A DNA stretch of 55,940 nt, taken from assembly GCA_902510995.1 (NCBI GenBank), contig CABXDL010000006.1:1-55940 (forward strand), given 5' to 3'. The stretch is from an uncultured Candidatus Actinomarina sp. (GTDB lineage: Bacteria; Actinomycetota; Acidimicrobiia; Actinomarinales; Actinomarinaceae). Both the position numbers and the translations under genes were made by a program. Below the pieces are notes generated by a model that did no database searches, was not told the DNA's origin, and worked only from the letters and a program-made list of their open reading frames with translations. Numbering within the stretch: the first letter of the stretch is position 1; each line of letters begins with the position of its first letter. Below are positions 19,519 through 32,104 of the stretch, piece after piece.

Positions 19519-19916
19519 GAGTATCTATACCAATCAGGTTTTAAATTTATCTTCTCCTCAATTCTTTTTCTAATAATCTTTAAATCTTTATTTTTAGGTT
19601 TCCAATCATTGTATAAATATTTAGGCCATTGAGATTTATTAAATTTTCTTTTCGGATCTGGATTCATCCCCCTTCTTTTCATCTCTTTTACTAACAGTGA
19701 ATATCTTTTATCTAGGTACATACCTTTATTATAAAAAAAAGTAACATGTCCTTTGTTTAACGTAAATACATCAGGTATATTATTTTTAGTTTTTAACCAA
19801 TTTTTTGATTTAATAGATCGTTGTAGAGAACTTCCAACCATAAATATCTCACGATATTCAGCTACTAGATGTTGATCACTTAATTCTTTCGGATTAACTA
19901 AGTTAATTCTTGTCAT
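19515..19916 (-). CDS. denV: Pyrimidine dimer DNA glycosylase / T4 endonuclease V family
   Basis: MTRINL....L.DQHL.AEYRE; F.L..GHV.FFY.K..YL..R; KP.WY, as in T4 endonuclease V. Confidence 0.93.
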   Translation of the reverse strand: MTRINLVNPKELSDQHLVAEYREIFMVGSSLQRSIKSKNWLKTKNNIPDVFTLNKGHVTFFYNKGMYLDKRYSLLVKEMKRRGMNPDPKRKFNKSQWPKYLYNDWKPKNKDLKIIRKRIEEKINLKPDWYRYS

Positions 19917-20315
19917 TTAATAATTATTAGAGTTTTCAATTTTCTTTTTAATGAAGTAAAAAACAGGAGCACCTAGAAATTCAGCAGGATAAGCCATTAT
20001 TACAAACAACGAAATATTAAGGCCATCAACTAATATTCCATATGTACGCATAACAGCAAAAAGTATAAATATAATTATTAACGTGTTTATATGTTCTAAA
20101 TTATTTGTACCTAAATATTTAAAACCTAAAATTATCGTAAATAAATAAACAATACTTGGATAAGTTATAAAATTTATAAAACCGTAACTTTCACCTGGAT
20201 AAATATCATAAAATTCAAAAGCTATTTCACTTAAAAAATTTACTAGGATCAATAGTCCAGTTAGTAAAATAATCATAAAAATAATAAGAAATCTTAACAC
20301 TTTTGAATAATCCAT
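19917..20315 (-). CDS. Hypothetical four-helix membrane protein
   Basis: Four hydrophobic segments; R.YG..VDG motif; TATAAT 6 nt upstream of ATG; abuts denV. Confidence 0.7.
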   Translation of the reverse strand: MDYSKVLRFLIIFMIILLTGLLILVNFLSEIAFEFYDIYPGESYGFINFITYPSIVYLFTIILGFKYLGTNNLEHINTLIIIFILFAVMRTYGILVDGLNISLFVIMAYPAEFLGAPVFYFIKKKIENSNNY

Positions 20316-20339
20316 TATTTCATTATATATAAAAAATAG

Positions 20340-20362
20340 AAAAACCCCTGATTTCTCAGGGG
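20340..20362 (-). terminator. Intrinsic terminator after the displaced 5S fragment
   Basis: CCCCTGA-tttc-TCAGGGG hairpin with A-tract on + (U-tract on -). Confidence 0.85.
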
Positions 20363-20370
20363 CTCTTCAA

Positions 20371-20441
20371 TAAAAGTCGGCGGTGTTCTACTCTCCCAGA
20401 GGGTTGCCCCTCAAGTACCATCGACGCTAGTGGACTTTACT
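20371..20441 (-). repeat. Duplicated 3' portion of 5S rRNA (att-like direct repeat)
   Basis: 71 bp identical to 21542-21612; identity stops abruptly after GGACTTTACT. Confidence 0.97.
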
Positions 20442-20567
20442 AACGAAATTGGTAGGTATACAGTACCCTCATGTGCATACAGCGAATATAGGTAATAGTT
20501 GTACGAGTTTTTTCTTTAGTTTTTAGTAATTACGTAATCTGTTCATACTCAATATAAGGAAATAACA

Positions 20568-20623
20568 AAAAAAATAGTCGCATAATAGTCGCACTATTTT
20601 TACTACAATTATTTTATGAAACT
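20568..20623 (+). repeat. Cassette repeat copy 1 (A7-TAGTCGCATAATAGTCGCACT-ATTTTTACTACAATTATTTT-ATGAAACT)
   Basis: Tandem 11-bp units; first 28 bp identical to 21417-21444; downstream part near-identical to copy 2. Confidence 0.95.
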
Positions 20624-20999
20624 TTTTCGTTTTATGTTATTGGCAATTATGTTAATGTCTTGTTCATCTTTTCAAGCAAATAATACAGAAGAAGTAATTT
20701 CAGAGGAAGTATGGCACTGGTGTGTTGGCAACCATAGATATATTTCCTACAACTATGACTACTTGTGGAAAGATGAAGATTTGAGAAATGAAGAAATTGA
20801 TTATACCGAGATACATAAACTTTTTAGCACTTTACTCGCTGCTTTTGATCTTTCTAAAACCCAGCAACTAATAGAAAATAATAACCTAAATTATTCAAAT
20901 CTTCTAGAATCTGAATTTTATACAGCACTTCAAGTCAAAGAAGAAGCACATTTAGAAATTTGTACAATATGGTTTAATATGAATAATCCAAATAAATAA
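20616..20999 (+). CDS. Orphan lipoprotein 1
   Basis: MKLFRFMLLAIMLMS-C lipobox; WC and CTIW Cys motifs. Confidence 0.8.
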   Translation: MKLFRFMLLAIMLMSCSSFQANNTEEVISEEVWHWCVGNHRYISYNYDYLWKDEDLRNEEIDYTEIHKLFSTLLAAFDLSKTQQLIENNNLNYSNLLESEFYTALQVKEEAHLEICTIWFNMNNPNK

Positions 21000-21046
21000 T
21001 CGCATAATACTCACACTATTTTTACTACAATTATTTTTATGAAACT
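20995..21046 (+). repeat. Cassette repeat copy 2 (degenerate)
   Basis: AATAATCGCATAATACTCACAC-TATTTTTACTACAATTATTTTT-ATGAAACT; 3 substitutions and 1 extra T versus copy 1; contains the stop codon of lipoprotein 1. Confidence 0.92.
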
Positions 21047-21410
21047 AAAATATGTTATCTTATTTGCAATTATATTAACTTCTTGTACAACCACTGATCT
21101 AGCAACAGATAATCAAATAGATTGGTGTATTTCTAGATCACGTAGTATTAATTTTGTAGCTAATTCTGTATCAGGAAAAAGTTCAGATACGAAGTCTGAA
21201 ACAATAAATTTAATTATATATTGGGAAACAGCCTTGAACCGAGTCGCAAAAAATATGGAAATTGATCCCGATGATGTATTAAATATTGATTATAATACAA
21301 TTGACCCAAATTCCTTATTTCAAGACTTTCAAAATTTGCTAGAAGAAGATGGTGAAGATTTTATGCGTGCTTCTAGAGTTTGTAAAATTTGGGAAGAACT
21401 TTCAAATTAA
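21039..21410 (+). CDS. Orphan lipoprotein 2 (distant paralog of lipoprotein 1)
   Basis: MKLKYVILFAIILTS-C lipobox; WC and CKIW Cys motifs. Confidence 0.8.
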   Translation: MKLKYVILFAIILTSCTTTDLATDNQIDWCISRSRSINFVANSVSGKSSDTKSETINLIIYWETALNRVAKNMEIDPDDVLNIDYNTIDPNSLFQDFQNLLEEDGEDFMRASRVCKIWEELSN

Positions 21411-21416
21411 TTTTCT

Positions 21417-21444
21417 AAAAAAATAGTCGCATAATAGTCGCACT
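21417..21444 (+). repeat. Cassette repeat copy 3
   Basis: AAAAAAATAGTCGCATAATAGTCGCACT identical to 20568-20595. Confidence 0.95.
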
Positions 21445-21513
21445 TTCTATTTTTCAATAATATCGTTGAAAATTATTAGATAATATTTTATTAAAAATTA
21501 CACTATAAAAATG

Positions 21514-21535
21514 AAAAACCCCTGATAAACAGGGG
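21514..21535 (-). terminator. rrn operon intrinsic terminator after the intact 5S
   Basis: CCCCTG-ataaa-CAGGGG with A-tract on +. Confidence 0.85.
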
Positions 21536-21545
21536 CTTTTCTAAA

Positions 21546-21663
21546 AGTCGGCGGTGTTCTACTCTCCCAGAGGGTTGCCCCTCAAGTACCATCGACGCTA
21601 GTGGACTTTACTTCCGTGTTCGGAATGGGAACGGGTGTATCCCCACTGCTATCACCACCGCAA
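21546..21663 (-). rRNA. rrf: 5S rRNA
   Basis: Reverse complement has CCCATTCCGAACACGGAAGT, CGATGGTACT and GGGAGAGTAG; ends approximate. Confidence 0.97.
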
Positions 21664-21713
21664 TTCTTTAAACTTTTTAAACATTCTATAGCAAGCGCGC
21701 TTACTCAGCATTC

Positions 21714-24773
<3,060 letters not shown>

Positions 24774-24807
24774 ATATGAATACTTTTGCAATTGCGCTTG
24801 CTATACA

Positions 24808-24821
24808 ATTTTCAAAAAGCC
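24808..24821 (-). promoter_or_regulatory. Spacer boxA-like antitermination element
   Basis: GGCTTTTTGAAAAT on -, similar to the leader copy at ~26590. Confidence 0.5.
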
Positions 24822-24902
24822 TAAATCTTTGACTCTTTCACAGCTGAGTAGAATATCAGTCTATACAGACAACCAGTGATTGACCTTAGGACTTGCGTCC
24901 TA

Positions 24903-26440
<1,538 letters not shown>

Positions 26441-26580
26441 ATCTTTGAATTTTAATCTGACCAAAGAATCAACATGGGTTTTATCCCATATTATGGTTAA
26501 AAACCATAACCAACTTTTTCCTAAAAAGTTGACAAAAAAAGAGTGCTAGAAAATTAATTCTGCACTACCGGCGTTCATAC

Positions 26581-26602
26581 TCTACTCAGTTGTCAAAAAG
26601 CC
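26581..26602 (-). promoter_or_regulatory. rrn leader boxA-like element and 16S processing stem arm
   Basis: GGCTTTTTGACAACTGAGTAGA on -; TCTACTCAG (26581-26589) is the inverted complement of CTGAGTAGA (24844-24852). Confidence 0.6.
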
Positions 26603-26646
26603 AAATTTCTTAATTATTAGAGTAACACTAATAGGTTTAAAGTGTA

Positions 26647-27825
26647 TTATTTCTTAATAATTCTAACGAAATTTCGCTTTCCTATTTGTAGTGTTTTATT
26701 GATAAGAGCATCTGAATTAATATCTAAATCTTCATATTTTTCATCATTAATTTTAAATGCTCCTGATGAAATCAGCCTTCTTCCTTCAGAATTTGACTTT
26801 ATTATGTTGTTATCTAGAAGAAATTTAGGTAAATGTAGTTCAATGTTGCTATTAATTGCAATATTTTCTATTTCATCTGGAAAATTTTTATTTATGGTAA
26901 TATTTTCAAATGATTCATACGCTTTTTCTGCTGTTTGATTGTCAAATAATTCTGTAATTATTAAATTACCAAGTTGTTTTTTTAAATTGAATGGATTTTC
27001 TTTATCTGCTTTAACCTCATTTTTGTAATTTTCTATTTCTTTAATTTCTAAATCTGTAAGCATCAGAAAATAATCCCACATAGTTTCATCTGGTATGCTC
27101 ATTATCTTACCAAATATTTTTTCGGAATTATCAGTAATAGATATATAGTTATCATAAGATTGAGACATTTTCTTTTTACCATCAGTACCTATAAGAAGTG
27201 GAAAAGTTATTGCAATCTGTGGATCAATATTATAAAACTTTTGAATTTCCCTTCCAAGCATTAAATTCCAAAGTTGATCATTTCCACCAATTTCAATATC
27301 TGATTTTACTGCAACTGAATCGTAACCTTGGAAAAGTGGATAAAAGAACTCTAATAATGATATAGGATTTTTATTTTCATACCTGTTAGAAAAATCTTCT
27401 CTTTCTAACATCTGAGCCAAAGTAGTTGATGATGCTAAATGCATCATGTCGTTAATTGTTAATTTAGATAGCCAATCTTTATTTGAAACAACTTCTAAGT
27501 TATCTTTATGTAAAATAGATTTAATAATTGGAAGAACTCCTTCAGAATTCACACCTATACTATCATCATCTAAAACATTTCTAGTTTCTGATTTACCCGA
27601 TGGATCTCCAACTTTGGCTGTAAATTCTCCTAAAATTAAAATTACTTCATGTCCATATTCTTGAAACTTTCTTAAGGCTCTTATAACGGCATACCAACCT
27701 AATGTAACTTCAGGTGCGGTTGGGTCAACGCCAAGTTTAACTCTTAATTTTTTCTTAGACTTTAATAAACTATGATAATCTTCAAGTGGATTGATTACTG
27801 ACGAACGTTCTTCTATATATTTCAT
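26647..27825 (-). CDS. tyrS: Tyrosine--tRNA ligase
   Basis: KLGVDPTA; YPLFQGYD; GGNDQ; KKMSQS; C-terminal S4 domain; ATG 27825 overlaps mpg stop (ATGA). Confidence 0.96.
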   Translation of the reverse strand: MKYIEERSSVINPLEDYHSLLKSKKKLRVKLGVDPTAPEVTLGWYAVIRALRKFQEYGHEVILILGEFTAKVGDPSGKSETRNVLDDDSIGVNSEGVLPIIKSILHKDNLEVVSNKDWLSKLTINDMMHLASSTTLAQMLEREDFSNRYENKNPISLLEFFYPLFQGYDSVAVKSDIEIGGNDQLWNLMLGREIQKFYNIDPQIAITFPLLIGTDGKKKMSQSYDNYISITDNSEKIFGKIMSIPDETMWDYFLMLTDLEIKEIENYKNEVKADKENPFNLKKQLGNLIITELFDNQTAEKAYESFENITINKNFPDEIENIAINSNIELHLPKFLLDNNIIKSNSEGRRLISSGAFKINDEKYEDLDINSDALINKTLQIGKRNFVRIIKK

Positions 27826-28400
27826 TTTAATATTAAGGAAAATCTCCACAAATGTTTATCTCGAGGTTTAGAATTTTTTCTTTGTTTAGCTATTGCTTTA
27901 TCTGCGGGATGAATTCTTGGAGATAAGTTAATAGGTCCATCTAAAATGTTATTACCATCATTTTTCAAATTAATTCCTAAGGCTTTTGTTACATTCCCAG
28001 GACCGGTTAAATTGTCAGTCCTCATTTTCGTTTTTCTTCTTACTTCTATATAATTTTTTCCTAACAATATTTTTCCTGATCTGATTAGTACTGCTTCGCA
28101 GGAACCTTTTTTAGATGTTAAAAGATATAAACTTTTATTTGTCCCATAAGATTTAAGAATTAATACTGAAGGTGGTCCTGATGGTAAAGTCTTTGGTATT
28201 TTTCTATTTAATTGTGTAGCTAAAGACATTTGATCTGTATTGGCTCTACCAAATGCTTCTGTTTCAGTAATAAGTATTTCAGTAAATTTTCCATTAAAAT
28301 TTGTAGATAGTCTCATTCCTAATAAATCAACCGCAGCTTTAGAAGATTTTTGTGATAAAAGTTGATAAACCCTATTGTCTAAACCACTAATATCGGTCAT
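27822..28400 (-). CDS. mpg: 3-methyladenine DNA glycosylase (AAG/Mpg family), divergent
   Basis: A..LLG..L...I.ETEA; AVLIR; GPG....ALGI; WRF; position upstream of tyrS. Confidence 0.75.
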   Translation of the reverse strand: MTDISGLDNRVYQLLSQKSSKAAVDLLGMRLSTNFNGKFTEILITETEAFGRANTDQMSLATQLNRKIPKTLPSGPPSVLILKSYGTNKSLYLLTSKKGSCEAVLIRSGKILLGKNYIEVRRKTKMRTDNLTGPGNVTKALGINLKNDGNNILDGPINLSPRIHPADKAIAKQRKNSKPRDKHLWRFSLILK

Positions 28401-30760
28401 GATTTGCTCATATTCAATGTTATTTTAAATTTACTTTGTATTTTTTCAGCAAGCATTTCCAAAAGCCCTCTTGTTTCTTCTTCATTATAAGTTTGTTCAT
28501 AGTTTCTTGTACTTATTCTAATTCCTAAATTACGAGATTTCTCTTTTACATAATCATCAAAAATATCAATTTTATTTTCATTATTTTCAAGGAGTGATTT
28601 AACATAAGAAACTAACTCCATGGCTTTAAATTCTAGAGGTACGGTAAATGATAAGTCAAACTTAATAAACGGATACTGTGCTAGTGGAACATATTCAGTT
28701 CTATTACTAATGTTATTTTCTAAAGAATCCATATCTATTTGTATTAAAAATAATGGACTTTCAATATTCAATTCTTCCATTAAATTGTATGCTAATTGTC
28801 CAAAAAATCCTACGTTCTGACCATTTTTAATAATCAAATATGAATAATTCTGATGAAATCCTGGTTTCGATATACTTTTTATCTCATAGTCTCCAATTAA
28901 ATTATCAATAATATGTTTTACATAATGTATATCATATTGTAAAACACCACCACGAAGATCGACATTAGTTACAATTGAAGGTGTTATGATACCTACAGAA
29001 TAAGTTTGATTAGGTATTTTCTCGTAAAGTTTATGTTTTGAATTATCAAAAATAGTATTAATTTCAAAAAATTTTTCAGAAATATTATTTTGTTCAAGAT
29101 TAAATTTATATATATTTAATAAAGATGAAAATAAATTAGATCTTAAAAATTTGTTGTTTGTATCTATGGGATTGAATACTTGAACATATTTTTTGTCAGG
29201 GTTAAATCTACTATTGCTTTTTTCATCAACAAATGATAAAGTTTGAACTTCTTGATAGTTGTTTGCTCTTAATTTACTAGTAAAATATCTTTTTAAATTC
29301 CAAAAAGAACCAGGATTGTTTTTATTGTTTCCATATGGAAGTGTGCTCTCAAAATTATTAAATCCAAAATGTTTAGCTAATTCTTCAATTATATCTATAG
29401 GTCTTTCTAAATCATATCTCCATGATGGTGATATAAATGAAATATTTTCTTTATCAATGTTGTGTTCAATGTTTAATCTTGATAATGTTTTAGCTATAAA
29501 TTTAGAATCTAATTTAGTTCCAAGGATTTTATAAATTTCATTATCATTAAATGAAACAGTTTTATTTTGTATTTTCTTCTTGTCGTCTATTAAAGTTCTT
29601 GAATAATTAATTTCTTGATTTGATGAGAACAGTTCAATAAATCTCACTAAAGCATCTTCTTGTAAGTTGTAATCAATTCCTCTTTCAAATCTTATTGATG
29701 CGTCTGATATTAAATTTAATTTTCTGGATGTGTTCATAATTGAAACTTTATCAAAGTATGCACTCTCAATTAAAAGGTTGGTTGTATTTTCAGTTACTTC
29801 AGTATCAAGTCCACCCATAACGCCTGCTAATGCAATTGGCTTATCATTATCAGTAATCAATAAATCACTCTCATCAAGATTTCGTACTTGATTATCTAAT
29901 GTAGTTATTTTTTCTTTATTTTTAGCTTGTCTTACAGAAATAGTACCAAATATTTTATCTCGATCAAAAGCATGTAGAGGTTGTCCAATGTCATATAAAA
30001 CATAGTTAGTTAGGTCAACTACGTTGTTTATTACTCGTGTCCCAACCTGTGAAAGCCTATATCTTATAAAAAAAGGTGAATCAGTTATTTTAAAATTTTC
30101 TATTTCAACTGAAGCATAAGAGTTACATTCAATTATCTTTCCACTATTAGTAATAAGTACATTTTCTATTGATGGAGTAATTTTAAAACTATTAGTAATA
30201 AGTTTTAAGTCAAAATAATTGCTAAGTTCTCTAGCAACACCCAGGTGAGACATGCAATCTCCTCTATTAGGTGTCACACCTATTTCCCATGATGTATCAT
30301 AAGAACTATAAGTAGAACTAAAATCTGTACCTGGTTTTATATTTTCATCTAAAATTAAAATTCCTTCATGTTCTTCCCATAGTCCAAGTTCTTTAGCTGA
30401 ACATATCATTCCATTCGAGACAATTCCTCTAATTTCTCTTTTCTCAATTAAAAAATTATCTACAATATGCGATTTCGGTAATGCAACTGGAACAAGTGCA
30501 CCAATTTCAAAATTCCATGCACCACATACAATTTCGTAAGTATTGTTTCCAACATCTACTTGTGTCACTCTTAATTTGTCCGCATTATTATGTGGATAAA
30601 TATCTACTACTTTACCAACTACTATATTTTTATAATTTGGTTCTACAATTTTCATATTTTCAATTTCAAAACCTAAAGACTCTAAACCTTCGGAAATATC
30701 GTTATCACTAATATTTGATAAATCAATCCATTCATTTATCCATGATTTTAAAATAATCAT
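28397..30760 (-). CDS. pheT: Phenylalanine--tRNA ligase beta subunit
   Basis: ADKL; IVCGA.N; TPNRGDC.S..GVARE; GQPLHAFD; RFERG; PSWR.DL. Confidence 0.97.
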   Translation of the reverse strand: MIILKSWINEWIDLSNISDNDISEGLESLGFEIENMKIVEPNYKNIVVGKVVDIYPHNNADKLRVTQVDVGNNTYEIVCGAWNFEIGALVPVALPKSHIVDNFLIEKREIRGIVSNGMICSAKELGLWEEHEGILILDENIKPGTDFSSTYSSYDTSWEIGVTPNRGDCMSHLGVARELSNYFDLKLITNSFKITPSIENVLITNSGKIIECNSYASVEIENFKITDSPFFIRYRLSQVGTRVINNVVDLTNYVLYDIGQPLHAFDRDKIFGTISVRQAKNKEKITTLDNQVRNLDESDLLITDNDKPIALAGVMGGLDTEVTENTTNLLIESAYFDKVSIMNTSRKLNLISDASIRFERGIDYNLQEDALVRFIELFSSNQEINYSRTLIDDKKKIQNKTVSFNDNEIYKILGTKLDSKFIAKTLSRLNIEHNIDKENISFISPSWRYDLERPIDIIEELAKHFGFNNFESTLPYGNNKNNPGSFWNLKRYFTSKLRANNYQEVQTLSFVDEKSNSRFNPDKKYVQVFNPIDTNNKFLRSNLFSSLLNIYKFNLEQNNISEKFFEINTIFDNSKHKLYEKIPNQTYSVGIITPSIVTNVDLRGGVLQYDIHYVKHIIDNLIGDYEIKSISKPGFHQNYSYLIIKNGQNVGFFGQLAYNLMEELNIESPLFLIQIDMDSLENNISNRTEYVPLAQYPFIKFDLSFTVPLEFKAMELVSYVKSLLENNENKIDIFDDYVKEKSRNLGIRISTRNYEQTYNEEETRGLLEMLAEKIQSKFKITLNMSKS

Positions 30761-31752
30761 TAAAATTGCCTAAGAAATCTTAAATCGTTATCATAGAAAT
30801 TCTTTATGTGGTCAATATTGTGTCTTAACATTGCTAGTCGTTCAACACCTACACCAAAAGCAAAGCCTTGAGTACCTTTTTTAAAACCAACTTTTTCAAA
30901 AACATTAGGATCAACCATCCCACATCCAAGAATTTCTAACCAGTTATTATCTTTCCAACTAACTAATACTTCAGCTGAGGGTTCTGTAAATGGAAAGAAG
31001 TGAGGAATAAATTTAGTTTTGATATCTTTACCAAAAAATTCTTTAACAAAAAATTCTAACGTTCCTTTTAAATCAGTAAAAGAGATTGCATCATCAACAG
31101 CTAAACCTTCAATTTGATGAAATACAGGTGAATGTGTTGAATCAAGTTGGTCTGATCTATATACTCTTCCAGGGGAAACTATATAAATAGGTGGTTTTTT
31201 TTCTTGCATGTGCCTAACTTGGACAGTACTTGTCTGAGTCCTCAGCAAATTGTCCAATTTTTTATCTAAATACAAGGTATCTGATTCATATCTTGCTGGA
31301 TGCCAAATAGGTGTATTTAAAGCATCGAAATTATGCCAAGAAGTTTCTGCTTCTGGCCCATGAGCAACTGTATAACCGATAGATGAAAATATTTGTACTA
31401 CTTCTTCCATTACTGATGAAATAATATGTTCTTTTGTTCCGGTATTTTCAAACCAATCAATAGTTATATCTGTAAATTCTTTTTCCTCTCTGTTCTTATA
31501 TTTAGCTTTAACTAGTTTTAATTTATGAGATTCAATGTCATTTACAATATTTTCAGTAATTTCCTTGATTTTTTGACCATACTTTTTTTTATCATGATCA
31601 TTTAAACTTGCAATATTTTTACGTTCTTCAGAAATAACAGAATTTTTACCTAGAAATTCTTTTTGAATATCAATTAATTTATCAAGTGTATCGGTATCTT
31701 CTATAGCTAATAAGAATGAAGAATATATTTTGTCTAAATTTAATTCAGCCAT
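30760..31752 (-). CDS. pheS: Phenylalanine--tRNA ligase alpha subunit
   Basis: NFDALN...HPAR; LLRTQTS; FPFTEPSAE; GFAFG.GVERL. Confidence 0.98.
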   Translation of the reverse strand: MAELNLDKIYSSFLLAIEDTDTLDKLIDIQKEFLGKNSVISEERKNIASLNDHDKKKYGQKIKEITENIVNDIESHKLKLVKAKYKNREEKEFTDITIDWFENTGTKEHIISSVMEEVVQIFSSIGYTVAHGPEAETSWHNFDALNTPIWHPARYESDTLYLDKKLDNLLRTQTSTVQVRHMQEKKPPIYIVSPGRVYRSDQLDSTHSPVFHQIEGLAVDDAISFTDLKGTLEFFVKEFFGKDIKTKFIPHFFPFTEPSAEVLVSWKDNNWLEILGCGMVDPNVFEKVGFKKGTQGFAFGVGVERLAMLRHNIDHIKNFYDNDLRFLRQF

Positions 31753-32104
31753 TTATATTTTTTTTTGCTAAATCTACAAGTTTTTTAAATCCCTTTGGGT
31801 CGTTAATAGCTAAATCTGCAAGAATTTTTCTATCAATCTTTATCTCAGCATTGTTTAATCCATTAATAAACTTTGAATAAGATAATCCGTGGGTACGTGA
31901 AGCAGCATTTATTCTGCTAATCCACAATCTTCTATAGTCACCTTTTTTATCTTTTCTATGTGTAAACGCATCAGCACCGGCATGCATTACTTGTTCTTTA
32001 GCAGCTCTTAATCTTTTACTCCTTGCTCCTGTGTAGCCTTTAGCTTTTTTTAAGACTTTCTTTCTTGATTTTCTACTACTAACAGACGAACTAATTCTTA
32101 CCAT
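31745..32104 (-). CDS. rplT: 50S ribosomal protein L20
   Basis: AKGY.G.R; RRLWISRINAA; DRKILADLA. Confidence 0.97.
   Translation of the reverse strand: MVRISSSVSSRKSRKKVLKKAKGYTGARSKRLRAAKEQVMHAGADAFTHRKDKKGDYRRLWISRINAASRTHGLSYSKFINGLNNAEIKIDRKILADLAINDPKGFKKLVDLAKKNING

Larger units (their letters stand above)
20442..21541. mobile_element. Integrase-less mini genomic island inserted in the 5S rRNA gene
   Basis: Flanked by a 71-bp direct repeat of the 5S 3' end; carries two orphan lipoprotein genes opposite to rrn and three copies of a repeat motif. Confidence 0.8.

Noticed and set aside
20371-20500. Second complete or decayed full-length 5S gene
   Set aside because: Identity stops at 20441. 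The following sequence aligns to the 5S 5' part only with many gaps and mismatches, which is not convincing by eye.
20442-20567. Integrase remnant or small ORF at the island's left end
   Set aside because: Only very short frames on either strand and no recombinase motifs.
20568-21444. Island repeats as a CRISPR array
   Set aside because: Intervening sequences are ~400-bp protein-coding genes rather than 30-40 bp spacers, and no cas genes are in the window.
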